Positions 14,347 to 29,314 of a stretch of DNA of 64,000 bases are shown here, piece after piece (within the stretch, counting starts at the first letter, position 1; the number at the start of each line of letters is the position of its first letter). The translations under genes and the position numbers were made by a program. The notes beneath the pieces are model-generated. The model made no database searches, was not told the origin of the DNA, and saw only the letters and a program-made list of their open reading frames with translations. The stretch covers positions 14,384,001 to 14,448,000 of the forward strand of contig OZ024746.1 of assembly GCA_964016885.1 (NCBI GenBank). Direction: 5' to 3'. This DNA comes from Eledone cirrhosa (lineage: Eukaryota).

Positions 14347-14545
14347 TAGAACACTGGAAGGTAATATCCGTAGTGGTAGAGCACTCAGTCCATGGGGATC
14401 TTCAGCTCGGACTGGTATTGGTTATACGGAAGATCCGCATACGGTGAAACAGTTGTTCTCGGTATGGTGAACTAACTGTTGTGTTACTACTGGTCCCATG
14501 GACTGAGTGTTCTACCACTACGGATATTACCTTCCAGTGTTCTAC
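14346..14545. mobile_element. 200-bp element with ~50-bp terminal inverted repeats in (TA)n and a decayed internal hammerhead
   Basis: 14346-14396 / 14495-14545 inverted; internal CGGAAGA-tccg-cata-cggt-GAAA-cagttg-TT (14427-14457); a solo copy of the arm lies at 32952-33002. Confidence 0.75.
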
Positions 14546-14546
14546 T

Positions 14547-14937
<391 letters not shown>

Positions 14938-14979
14938 TTCACAGTTAAAAATTTCAAACTTGACTGTCACCACACATTA

Positions 14980-15018
14980 TGAACCTGAAGATTGCGAAAG
15001 CATGAAAGTACTTGTTCA
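14980..15018 (+). ncRNA. Type I hammerhead ribozyme (minimal, palindromic stem III)
   Basis: tgaac-CTGAAGA-t-tgc-gaaa-gca-t-GAAA-gtac-TT-gttca; AAGTACTT palindrome; sits in a ~200-bp insert between (TA)n tracts. Confidence 0.85.
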
Positions 15019-15147
15019 ATTAACACTTAACATTTAATATTCTACCATACTATTTCATTCTAATACCATTATAAATTTTAAAGGATTGTAAATAAAACGA
15101 GTAAATCAGACAAAGTTGGAATTCCTTTTATTAATATATATATATAT

Positions 15148-15277
<130 letters not shown>

Positions 15278-15339
15278 GCCCGCACATAACAGCTTTTAAG
15301 AATAAGATTACTTAGACAACACACCCAGATCCCCTACCG

Positions 15340-15545
15340 GAAATTTATGCAGACAGATTAGTTGGTACGACCCCTCCCCATTAACAGAGTGGTGTCTACA
15401 CCAGTAGCTAGGGTCTTTTTTACATTACTAAAGAAGTATTTGCCCACACAGCATACGTATTACACAATCCTCAATAGGAACATAATTAGACTCTCTTACT
15501 GATCCACACCTAACTTAGCCAAGTACATAGCCAACCTAAATATAT
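15340..15545 (+). pseudogene. Penelope-like (Naiad-type) linker relic
   Basis: RQISWYDP..., LLKKYLPTQHTYYTILNRNIIRLSY*STPNLAKYIA, homologous to the ORF at 52769-53833. Confidence 0.75.
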
Positions 15546-15654
15546 CCAACTCAACTGAGCTACTAGATAATTAAATTCTTATTGCCTTTAAAACGTTTAC
15601 TGTATTGGTGTGAGTTTGGGGTGGGTACAGACGTTGCTTCTGCAGTTTCACAAG

Positions 15655-15745
15655 TCATTGGCACATTGGTCATAGGCCCAAGGTTCCAGGTGGAACTAAA
15701 CCCGAAATCACATGGTTTTGAAGTGAACTATTTAACTATACACCC
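15655..15745 (-). mobile_element. Decayed tRNA-derived SINE head (different family)
   Basis: Minus strand reads TATAGTTAAATAGTTCACTTCAAAACCATGTGATTTCGGGTTTAGTTCCACCTGGAACCTTGGGC (tRNA-like boxes, CORE-like CCTTGGGC). Confidence 0.45.
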
Positions 15746-17967
15746 TAGTTATCTTTAGGTTCCGTCATAATGAGATTGTTTCAAACGAATCGTCTAATTG
15801 ATATCATACCTATCTATCACAGCTAAGGTTTTTTCGCAGCTGAAATTAAACACAGTGTGGTAACCCAACATCACATTGGATTATCAATTCAACATAGTAT
15901 CTGGCAGGGAATTATATAACCATGAAGGCATTTCATTTTAAACTTACAGTTTGACAGACTACTTTACATTACAAATTTAATATTGGCAGATGATATAAGA
16001 TACTTAGTCATTAATTAGTATCTAGATATTAAACTTTGTGACTTCTTATAAATAATTCTTTCTCTCAAATAATGTGGAATTATAAATTACAAATGATATT
16101 TTGATTGCCACACTAATTCATAGACAAGTATATGCACGAATAACAGAGCAATTTGTGTCACTGTAGTTGAATATAATGCATTATTATTTTTAATATTTTA
16201 GTGTCGTAAAGTCAATGAAGAGTATGACAGAATTAAGTGTTCATGCCAACAGAATATGTTCGTATTCATTGGAAATAGTTTGACAGATGTATGGGGATAA
16301 ATCCTTATTGAAATGCTAATATTTGTCAATTACACTTATTCCCACTCCTAATTTAAACGTATATCCATTGCAATAAACGAGTTATGCCTCATTAAGGATT
16401 AAGGATGAAAGTCAAAGCTAACCTCTCTGGGATTTGAAGTTACAAAGATACAATAATGTAAATTACTAATGAAAGACTGAAATGAAAAGAATCAAAGGTC
16501 CATATAGCTAAAATATATTCCAGTAACTCGCCAAATAAATATCACTAATCAGTAATAGGAGGTTGGGAATCGTAATTCTGACAGACGAAGGGGACTGACG
16601 CTAGAAAATTAGTAATGATAGTATTAAAGATTACTTTATCGTCATTCAACTCCCATCTGTTGTCGATTTAGGTTTTAATTGCTATCTTTGGAATATGTTC
16701 GCTATTTTCTTCAATTTCAGGATTCCGATGTCGCATCTAAAGTAGTTTTATATGGATAAATATATATATACTGAAATAATTCAACTATTACAACGTTTGC
16801 AAAACTAATAATTGGCTTTAGAATAGTCAATAATCGATTTCCATTAATGTTCATTTCCATTAGTTTTCTTAAGTGTATCTATATTTTTCTGGATAAATTG
16901 TTGAATAACTTTAGAAACTCCATCCTCTCTTCCTGTTCATAGTGAAAAGTGAAGAAACCTGTAATTCAAGAGGTGGGGATTTATAGAAACAGTTGAGAAA
17001 CAAACAAATTGACGTGAAGTGTGTGTGTGTTTCTTTTTACAGACCTACCAACCTCTAAAAGCCCAAACGGGGAGAACCATGAAATGAGGCAAAATGGGGA
17101 GATTTTTTACATAAAGTTATACCCATTTTCACTCACCCCAAAGTGGGTGGAAGATCTCCTCGTCGGATGAGGAAAGTTTACAGGTCTGTTTTTATGTCAA
17201 AATCCTTGTAGCTGTTGACGTTACTCTCATATCTCCTGGTAATAATTGCAAGTACAATCTATATACTAATTCTCTATCGTTATACATTTATCCATGGATA
17301 TTGCATTCTACATAAAAACGAGACAATAAGAGTATTGTCTAACAATAATGTGTAATATTTCTACTTCTTCCATTGACACTCATTGTCTGTTTATGTAAGA
17401 TCGAATTGTCGTTTACTATTTTGTGAACAGCTGTTCTATAAAATCTTTCAAATATCGCCAAAAATCTCATGTCAACAACACTATATTCTATATTTTTCAA
17501 ATTTTATCGGTAAACATTTTCAGCACAAACAAAAGTGTAATAAAAACGTAAACTATCAAATAAACGTATATTTTTTAAATCAATAAAATTCTTTCACATC
17601 TGTAGTAATTTCAATAACTATTTTAATATTACATTTTTTTATCAATTGAAATCTAATAAAATACAATGAATGTCGTCGATTTAATATACATTATGAAGTT
17701 CAATAAAATAAGATTAGAAATGTTCCTATTCATTCATATATTCATATATATATATATATATCAAATAGTTGAGAAGGGATTGTTATCGAGGGCTAACATT
17801 TGCAGGATGAGTTTTGTTTCATTCGGTGAAAAAAGAATCGAAGAAATCGCTATCTGGTGATTTCATTATAGAGTTAAGGAGAATGATTTATGTAAAAGTC
17901 AGTTCTATTAAATGAAAGGAGTACCCTGTATACCGAATGTATTCAGTTGTATATATATATAATTTTA

Positions 17968-18065
17968 ATTGTTTCTACTTTTTGGCACAAGGCCAGCAAT
18001 TACCCAGTGCATTACTGGTACTTTATTTTATCGACCCCGTAAGGATGAAAGGCAAAGTTAACCTC
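17968..18065 (-). mobile_element. tRNA-derived SINE 3' half
   Basis: Matches the family's central domain and tail; flanked by repeated ATATATAATTTTAATT. Confidence 0.85.
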
Positions 18066-18179
18066 ATATATAATTTTAATTAGGGGTTATCATTAGCCAT
18101 CCGCATATCTCGCTTATCTGCTTTTAGCCACTATCTGACCTTTTGCTCCGAGACCAGCTTTTATGTCCCTATTCTACAC

Positions 18180-18337
18180 TCTGCAAATATCGGGCGCTCT
18201 CCGACAGGTTTGAGGTCGAGCCCGTAGCAGTGATGACTTCTGGTGTCCTTGGCCCTAGGTCCACCTTCCTACTTAACACCATCGGAGCTGAGTTGGATAC
18301 CCTCACAAGTGGCTCGATTTCTCCCTGGCTCGTGTGA
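18180..18337 (+). pseudogene. CRE-like RLE C-terminal relic
   Basis: CKYRALSDRFEVEPVAVMTSGVLGPRSTFLLNTIGAELDTLTSG resembles the KY..L..F.P.AVET.G..GP motif that follows the RLE. Confidence 0.6.
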
Positions 18338-18344
18338 TTTTAGA

Positions 18345-19019
18345 TGATTGACAAATGCAGCTCTTAATAGAAGAAATTGGCCACATGCATTGCACCTGAA
18401 TTTCTGGTGGGGTTTTGCAGGCACTGTTCCACTCGCTTTTTCTCGAAGACCTCACATCCATATATGATGATCATTCTCCATGATGTACGACCTTCATCCA
18501 ATGTCTCCCAGTTCTCCATATCAATATTCAGGACTGTAAGATTGCCTGTCTTTTATACCATCCCTAACCTGCTTCTTTGATTTATGCTGTGGTTTTTGTC
18601 CTCTGGTCAGCTCCCCATAAAATAACTGTTTAGGCAGCCTTCCATCTTCCATCCTGACCACATGACCAGCCTAACACATCTAGCTCATAATAACCCTCCT
18701 CCCAATACTGGTTCTTCCCGCTGTTTTAAGTACAGCAGCATCAGGTGTGTTAGAGGACTACTTGATATTCAGGAGGCGTCGGATACAATGCTGATGAAAT
18801 ATTTCCAGTTGCCTGGTGTAATGCCTCTAAGTTGTTCACGTTTCGCATCCAAATAGCAGAGCTGCAAGAATACAGGCCTCATACACAAAGAGCTTTGTGT
18901 TTCACGCGATACTATGATCTAACCAAACTCGCTTCCCGAAGGCAAGACTGGTTTTCACAATCCTGTGATCAATTTCTGTAAGGAGGGTGTCATCTCTACT
19001 AAGTGTACAAAGCTGTCCA
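18345..19019 (-). pseudogene. RTE-clade LINE RT C-terminal relic
   Basis: Minus fragments [57 protein letters not shown] and GHVVRMEDGRLPKQLFYGEL are typical of RTE/BovB. Confidence 0.85.
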
Positions 19020-19088
19020 CATACATACATACATACATACATACATACATACATACATACATACATACATACATACATACATACATAC

Positions 19089-19699
19089 ATGCTGGCTGCC
19101 AACTCGTCTTCGAGTACGGCCACTACTTTATATCCATGTAGGAGAACCCCTACCGATGCGCTGAACAAGTGTGACTTTTTAGTCCAGCCAGCGACTTGAA
19201 AACTCTGGTACAAACACTACACTTGTGACAATTATTGACACATAGTGCTGGGCCCATGGTACCATATGACGACAAGTACAGAGAGATCTCCAGATATAAA
19301 GCAATGCCTGTGTCGTGAAGCTTTTATAGTGAGCAAAGGCACTGCACAAAGCCAGTCCCACTCTCTTAACCAAGATGATATTTACCAAAAAAAAAGAACA
19401 AGTCAACATCATTGGATACCATCAGAGTTGCAGGTGTTATATCAGAGTTTTCCTTCTTCTAGAATTCTGCCTTGACAAAGGCTAAGGGGTCATCTCTCCC
19501 GGTGATTTTGGATGGCCATTGACTCTTAAGAGCTCCTTTTCCCTTTGACTGGTTTTGTTTTTAGTCCTGCAGAATGTCCAAAGTCACCCTCCTCACCAAG
19601 AAACCTTGGTGGGGTTGCCAGTTTAGTCGCCAACGACCCGACCATGAGACAGGTTGTACTGGAATACATGTTACCAGTAGCACCGACTGGTGACCTGAC
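19089..19699 (-). mobile_element. Non-coding RTE-derived retroelement in (TACA)n, copy 1 (~610 bp)
   Basis: Tandem near-identical copies; minus strand CCTTAGCCTTTGTCAAGGCAGAATTCTAGAAGAAGGAAA resembles the RTE 5'UTR motif; fixed end GGCAGCCA.CAT(GTAT)n. Confidence 0.8.
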
Positions 19700-19751
19700 A
19701 TACATACATACATACATACATACATACATACATACATACATACATACATAC

Positions 19752-20360
19752 ATGGTGGCTGCCAACTCGTTTTCGAGTACGGCCACTACTTTATATCCAT
19801 GTAGGAGAACCCCTACCGATGCGCTGAACGAGTGTGACTTTTTAGTCCAGCCAGCGACTTGAAAACTCTGGTACAAACACTACACTTGTGACAATTATTG
19901 ACACATAGTGCTGGGCCCATGGTACCATATGACGACAAGTACAGAGAGATCTCCAGATATAAAGCAATGCCTGTGCCGTGAAGCTTTTATAGTGAGCAAA
20001 GGCACTGCACAAAGCCAGTCCCACTCTCTTAACCAAGATGATATTTACCAAAAAGAAGAACAAGTCAACATTATTGGATACCATCAGAGTTGCAGGTGTT
20101 ATATCAGAGTTTTCCTTCTTCTAGAATTCTGCCTTGACAAAGGCTAAGGGGTCATCTCTCCCGGTGATTTTGGATGGCCATTGACTCTTAAGAGCTCCTT
20201 TTCCTTTTGACTGGTTTTGTTTTAGTCCTGCAGGATGTCCAAAGTCACCCTCCTCACCAAGAAACCTTGGTGGGGTTGCCAGTGTAGTCGCCAACGACCC
20301 GACCATGAGACAGGTTGTACTGGAATACATGTTACCAGTAGCACCAACTGGTGACCTGAC
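19752..20360 (-). mobile_element. Same element, copy 2
   Basis: Near-identical to copy 1 with the same two ends. Confidence 0.85.
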
Positions 20361-20440
20361 ATACATACATACATACATACATACATACATACATACATAC
20401 ATACATACATACATACATACATACATACATACATACATAC

Positions 20441-20894
20441 ATGGTGGCTGCCAACTCATTTTCGAGTACGGCCACTACTTTATATCCATGTAGGAGAACC
20501 CCTACCGATGCGCTGAACGAGTGTGACTCTTTAGTCCAGCCAGCGACTTGAAAACTCTGGTACAAACACTACACTTGTGACAATTATTGACACATAGTGC
20601 TGGGCCCATGGTACCATGTGACGACAAGTGCAGAGAGATCTCCAAATATAAAGCAATGCCTGTGCCGTGAAGCTTTTATAGTGAGCAAAGGCATTGCACA
20701 AAGCCAGTCCCACTCTCTTAACCAAGATGATATTTACCAAAAAAAAGAACAAGTCAACATCATTGGATACCATCAGGGTTGCAGGTGTTATATCAGAGTT
20801 TTCCTTCTCCTAGAATTCTGCTTTGACAAAGGCTAAGGGGTCATCTCTCCCGGTGATTTTGGATGGCCATTGACTCTTAAGAGCTCCTTTGCCC
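20441..20894 (-). mobile_element. Same element, copy 3 (5'-truncated)
   Basis: Same left end; stops at GAGCTCCTTTGCCC. Confidence 0.85.
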
Positions 20895-20945
20895 TACATA
20901 CATACATACATACATACATACATACATACATACATACATACATAC

Positions 20946-21392
20946 ATGGTGGCTGCCAACTCGTTTTCGAGTACGGCCACTACTTTATATCCATGTAGGA
21001 GAACTCCTACCCATGCGCTGAACAAGTGTGACTTTTTAGTCCGGCCAGCGACTTGAAAACTCTGGTACAAACATTACACTTGTGACAATTATTGACACAT
21101 AGTGCTGGGCCCATGGTACCATGTGACAACAAGTGCAGGGAGATCTCCAGATATAAAGCAATGCCTGTGCCGTGAAGCTTTTATAGTAAGCAAAGGCACT
21201 GCACAAAGCCAGTCCCACTCTCTTAACCAAGATGATATTTACCAAAAAGAAAGAACAAGTCAACATCATTGGATACCATCAGAGTTGCAGGTGTTATATC
21301 AGAGTTTTCCTTCTAGAATTCTGCCTTGACAAAGGCTAAGGGGTCATCTCTCCCGGTGATTTTGGATGGCCATTGACTCTTAAGAGCTCCTT
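20946..21392 (-). mobile_element. Same element, copy 4 (5'-truncated)
   Basis: Same left end; stops at GAGCTCCTT. Confidence 0.85.
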
Positions 21393-22166
21393 ATATATAT
21401 ACATATATATATATACATACATACATATACACACATACACATATACATACATATACATACATATATATATATACATACACATACATATACATACATATAC
21501 ATACATATATATATATATACATACACATACATATATACATATATATATATACATACACATACATATATACATACATATATATATACATACATATACATAC
21601 ATATATATATACATACATATACATACATATACATATACATACATATACATACATATATATATATACATACATATATATATATATATACATACATATATAT
21701 ATATATATACATACATATATACATACATAAATATATATATACATACATACATATATACATACATACATATATACATACATATATACATACATACATACAT
21801 ATATACATACATATATATATACATACATACATATATACATACATACATACATACATACATACATACATACATACATACACATATACATACATACATACAT
21901 ACATATATACATACATACATATATATATACATACATACATATATATATACATACATATATATATACATACATAAATATATACATATATATATACATACAT
22001 ACATATATACATATATACATACATACATACATATATATATATACATACATACATACATATATATACATACATACATATATACATACATACACACATACAT
22101 ACATACATATATACATACATACATATATACATACATATATACATACATACATACATATATATATAT

Positions 22167-22199
<33 letters not shown>

Positions 22200-22773
22200 T
22201 ATGTACATACATACATATATACATATATATATATGTACATACATACATATATACATATATATATATGTACATACATACATATATACATATATATATATGT
22301 ACATACATACATATATATATATGTACATACATACATATATATATACATATATATATATGTACATACATACATATATATATACATATATATATATGCACAT
22401 ACATACATATATATATATACATACATACATATATATATACATATATATATATGTACATACATACATATACACATACATATATATATATGTACATACATAC
22501 ATATATATATATACATACATATATACATATACATATATATATATATATACATATATATATATGTACATACATACATATATATATATATACATACATACAT
22601 ACACATATATATACACACACATACACGTACACACATACATATATATACATACATATATATCTACATACATACATATATATATATATACATACATATATAT
22701 GTACATACATACATATATATATATATACATACATATATATACATATACATACATATATATACATACATACATA

Positions 22774-22805
<32 letters not shown>

Positions 22806-22927
22806 CATACATATATATACATACATATATATGTACATACATACATACATATACATACATACATATATATACATACATACATATATATATATACATACAT
22901 ATATATGTACATACATACATATATATG

Positions 22928-22963
<36 letters not shown>

Positions 22964-23096
22964 TATACATACATATATATGTACATACATACATATATAT
23001 GTACATACATACATATATATATATACATACATACATATATATATATACATACATATATATATATATATATACATACATACATACACATGTACATAC

Positions 23097-23131
<35 letters not shown>

Positions 23132-23182
23132 AACATACATATATATACATACATATATACATACATATATATATATACATAC

Positions 23183-23215
<33 letters not shown>

Positions 23216-23260
23216 CATACATATATATATATACATACATATATACATACATATATACAT

Positions 23261-23313
<53 letters not shown>

Positions 23314-24166
23314 CATGCATATACATATATATATATACATACATATATATATATACATACATATATATATACATATATACATACACATATATACATATAC
23401 ATACATACACATATACATATATACATATACATATACATATATATATATATACATATATGTACATACATACATATACATACATATATATATATACATACAT
23501 ATATATACATATATACATATATGCACATACATACATATACATACATATATATATACACATACATATATATACACACATACATATATATATATACATACAT
23601 ATATATGTACATACATACATATATATATACATACACATACACATATATACACATATATATACACATACATATATGTACATACATACATATATATATATAC
23701 ATACACACATATACATACATACATATATATATATACATATATATATATGTACATACATACACATGTACATACATATATATGTACATACATACATATATAT
23801 ATATACATACATATATATGTACATACATACATACATATATATACATACACACATATATATATACATACATACACATATATATATATATACACACACACAT
23901 ATATATATATACATACATACATATATATACATACATACATATATATACATACATACATATATATACATACATACATACACATACATATATACACATACAT
24001 ATATATACATACATACATACACATACATATATATACATACATACATACACACACATATATACACATACCTACATATATATACATACATACATATATACAC
24101 ATACATATATATATATACATATATATATATATACATACATATATACACATACATATATATATATAC

Positions 24167-24197
<31 letters not shown>

Positions 24198-24254
24198 CAT
24201 ACATACATATATATATACATACATACATATATATATACATACATATATATATAC
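21393..24254. repeat. Complex (TA/CA)n alternating pyrimidine-purine tract, ~2.9 kb
   Basis: Directly visible; source of the spurious Y/I/H/T and M/Y/V/C ORFs. Confidence 0.97.
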
Positions 24255-24850
24255 ATGGTGGCTGCCAACTCGTTTTCGAGTACGGCCACTACTTTATAAC
24301 CATGTAGGAGAACCCCTACCGATACGCTGAACGAGTGTGACTTTTTAGTCCAGCCAGCAACTTGAAAACTCTGGTACAAACACTACACTTGTGACAATTA
24401 TTGACACATAGTGCTGGGCCCATGGTACCATGTAATGACAAGTGCAGAGAGATCTCCAGATACAAAGCAATGCCTGTGCCGTGAAGCTTTTATAGTGAGC
24501 AAAGGCACTGCACAAAGCCAGTCCCACTCTCTTAACCAAGATGATATTTACCAAAAAGAAGAACAAGTCAACATCATTGGATACCATCAGGGTTGCAGTT
24601 GTTATATCAGAGTTTTCCTTCTCCTAGAATTCTGCCTTGACAAAGGCTAAGGGGTCATCTCTCCCGGTGATTTTGGATGGCCATTGACTCTTAAGAGCTC
24701 CTTTGCCCTTTGACAGGTTTTGTTTTTAGTCCTGCAGGATGTCCAAAGTCACCCTCCTCACCAAGAAACCTTAGTGGGGTTGCCAGTTTAGTCGCCAACG
24801 ACCCGACCATGAGACAGGTTGTACTGGGATACATGTTACCAGTAGCACCA
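24255..24850 (-). mobile_element. Same element, copy 5 (nearly full length)
   Basis: Same left end; stops at GTAGCACCA. Confidence 0.85.
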
Positions 24851-25097
24851 TACATATACATACATACATATATATATACATACATATACATATACATACA
24901 TACATATATACATACATACATATACATATATATACACATACATATACATACATACATACACATATATATACATACATATATATACATATACATACATACA
25001 TATATATATATACATATACATATATATATATATACATATATATATATACACATACATACATACACACATATACACACACATATATATACATACATAC

Positions 25098-25132
<35 letters not shown>

Positions 25133-25455
25133 CATACATACATATACATACATACATATATATATATACATATATATATATACATACATATATATATACA
25201 TATATATATATATATACATACATATATATATACATATATATATATATATACATACATATATATATTACATATATATACATAATATATATATATTATACAA
25301 TATATATACATACATACATATATATATACATATATACATATATACATATATATACATACATACATATATACATATATACATATATATACATACATACATA
25401 TATATACATATACATATATATATATATAATATACATACATATAGTATATACATAC

Positions 25456-25486
<31 letters not shown>

Positions 25487-25583
25487 CATACATACATACA
25501 CACACATACATATATATATATATATACATACATACATATACATATATACATACATACATATATACATATACATACATACACAC

Positions 25584-25624
<41 letters not shown>

Positions 25625-25732
25625 CATACATATAAACATATACATATATATACATATATATATACATACATACATATACATACATACATACATACATATA
25701 TACATATACATATATATATATATATATATACA

Positions 25733-25763
<31 letters not shown>

Positions 25764-25906
25764 ATATATATATACATACATATATACATACACATATATA
25801 CATACATATATACATACATATATATATATACAATATACATACATACATATATATACAACTATACATACATACATATATATATACACACATACACATACAT
25901 ATATAC

Positions 25907-25937
<31 letters not shown>

Positions 25938-26630
25938 CATATATATATACACACATATATATACACATACACACATATATATACATACATATATATATAC
26001 ATATATATATATACATATATATATACATACATATATATATATACATATATATACACACACATATACATACACATATATATATATACATATATATATATAC
26101 ATATATATATATACATACATATATATACATATATATATATACATATATATACACATATATACATATACATATATACATATACATATATATATATACACAT
26201 ATATATATATACATATACATATATATATATATACATATATATACATACATATACATATATATATATATATATACATACACATATATACATATACATACAC
26301 ATATATATACACATATATATACATATATATATACATATATATATATATATACACACACATATACATATATATATATATACACACATATATATACACACAT
26401 ATACATACATATATATATACACATACACATATATATACATATATATATACATATATATATATATACATATATACACACATATATATACATATATATATAT
26501 ACATATATATATATACATATATACATACACACATACATACATATATATATACATACATACACATACATACATACATACACACATATACATACATATATAC
26601 ATATACATACATATATACATACATATATAC

Positions 26631-26668
<38 letters not shown>

Positions 26669-26778
26669 ACATACATATATATATACATATATACATATAC
26701 ACACATATATATACATACATACATATATACATATACATATACATACATACATATATATATACACATATATATATATAC

Positions 26779-26825
<47 letters not shown>

Positions 26826-27612
26826 CATATATATATACATATATATATACATATATACACATATACATACATATATATATACATATATATATACATACAT
26901 ATATATATATACATACATATATATATACATACATATACATACACACACACACACACATACATATACATACACACACATATACATACACACATACATATAC
27001 ATACATACATATATATACATACATATACATACATACATATATATACATACATACATATATATATATATATACATACATATATATACACACATATACATAC
27101 ATATATATATATATATACATACACATATATATATATATACATACACATATATATATATATACATACATATATATATACATATACATATACACACATATAT
27201 ATATACATATATATATATACATATACATATACACATATATATACATATATTTATACATATATATATACATACATATATATATACATACATATTACATACA
27301 TATATACATACATACATATATATATACACACATATACATATACATACATACACATATATATACATACATATATATATACATACATACATATATATATACA
27401 TACATACATATATATACATACATATACATATACATACATACATATATATATACACACATACATATATATATACATACATACATATACATATATACATACA
27501 TACATATACATATATACATACATATACATACATACATACATATACATATATACATATATACATACATATATATACATACATACATATACATATATACATA
27601 CATATACATACA

Positions 27613-27641
<29 letters not shown>
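24851..27641. repeat. Complex (TA/CA)n tract, ~2.8 kb
   Basis: Directly visible. Confidence 0.97.
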
Positions 27642-27643
<2 letters not shown>

Positions 27644-27903
27644 TGCCATCTACGAAATCCTGAGTGTCAAAGACTTTAGTTAAGAAAGGCCGTAACAAAT
27701 GATGATTGATGAATACTAATGCTTAATGTTTTAATGCAATTATCATGTCTCTGCAATGTTTTATATGGAAAGCAAAATAAATGTGTATAACGCATTTAAT
27801 GCAAATGTTTCACGGCTTGGAGTATAGACGGATGATTCATAATTCAAAAATAATTGATATTATTCCTTCAAAAAAACTAGAATAATACTAGATATTACTA
27901 AGT

Positions 27904-28185
27904 GAAGGCGCATGGCTTAGTAGCTAGAGCTTCGGGCTTACAATTGCAAGGTTGTGTGTTCGACGGGCTTTGCGTTGTGTTCTTGAACAAGACACTTTAT
28001 TCTACGTTGTTCTAGTTCACACAGCTGTAGAAACGAGGTGCCACGTCTCTGGTGCCAAGCTTTATTGACCATGCCTTTCCTTTGGCCAACATCCAGGGTG
28101 TCGAGAGGGGGACTGCTTTACATGGGCGACTGCTGGTCTTCCACAAACAACCTTGTCCGAAATTGTGCCTCGGAGGGGATCTTTA
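27904..28185 (+). mobile_element. tRNA-derived SINE with CORE-like domain (second family)
   Basis: GGCGCATGGCTTAGTAGCTAGAGC (A-box), GTTCGA (B-box), GTGTTCTTGAACAAGACACTTTA..CAGCTGTA (CORE-like). Confidence 0.7.
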
Positions 28186-28999
28186 CCTTTTTTTAGTAAT
28201 ATTATATTACATCAGATAACAGTATGAGACCTTAGAATATTCATTGTTGGAATGCAAGGAATCTAAATCTATTCTGTCTATTTGTTCAATTGAAAATTAG
28301 ACTAAATTGAAAGCTGTTTAATTTGCAATTGGTTGTACTCCGACATATATAAATGTGAAAAAGCTATTAAACACTAGTTTTCGGAATTACAATTTTAACT
28401 GATCAATATAAATCCAATCACTAAATTATTTAATCAATCAAACAACGAAGCAAGTAATCAATAAAACTTAAAAGAAATACGAATCCAATGTTTGAGAAAT
28501 AAAATAGATTGATTCAAATAGATGGCAAAATATATTGATTTTAAATATCTTAAACGAATGCATGGTTTCTGACATGCAAAACCAAAGACGCTTAATATTA
28601 TTACATGATATATTCAAATATTACAGTTATACTATATCTAATATAGCTTAACCGATTATATATATACTGAAGGGGGTTTTGTGTACATGTCTACATAGCA
28701 CACTCAAACGTTAATTGAAAGAGTGTGTGTGTGTGTGTATCTGTGTGTGTGCACATACATACAGTAGTGTAGTTAATACGAAGCATAATGAGATATGTAG
28801 TAAAATACCTATATTTGTTTAATCCAGTACAATGCGGTAGAAAAATACGAAGGGCAAATGATGATAAAAGAAACAAAACAGTGTATTTTAGCATGATATT
28901 TCAGGGTTATTACCCTCTTTTCAGATGTGAAACTGAAACAGTCCAAGACAAAACAAAACGAAGTTTTCTTCCCTAATTGCTCTATGTGTGTGCAAAACG

Positions 29000-29150
29000 C
29001 AGTCACGAACTGCACTCTTCATGAACAACACCTTTTTCCAGTTGGAGGCTTCCGTATACAAACATATCTCAGCACTTCTGATGGGATCGAGTCTATCAGG
29101 CCTGCTAGCCATCACATACATAGACCAGTTGGACCGCACTGCACTCACCA
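29000..29150 (+). pseudogene. Penelope-like RT motif B relic
   Basis: MNNTFFQLEASVYKHISALLMGSSLSGLLAITYIDQLD resembles N.F.F....Y.Q..G..MGS.LS..LA..YM..LE. Confidence 0.75.
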
Positions 29151-29172
29151 CCTGTCGCTTTCTCTCTCTCTC

Positions 29173-29314
<142 letters not shown>

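Noticed and set aside
19590-19699. HDV-like ribozyme at the 5' end of the RTE-derived element
   Set aside because: Partial elements are present on minus (acc/ggt, gtcg/cgac, CTAA, ccagt/actgg), but I could not form P1/P1.1 in the right order; needs a descriptor search
19020-21392. CRISPR-like repeat/spacer appearance
   Set aside because: The long units are near-identical and the spacers are microsatellite; no cas genes; eukaryotic context
21336-27698. Very long ORFs (up to 985 aa) of Y/I/H/T or M/Y/V/C
   Set aside because: Translations of stop-free (TA/CA)n repeats, open in several frames on both strands; the same applies to all [12 protein letters not shown] and poly-E/K ORFs in the track
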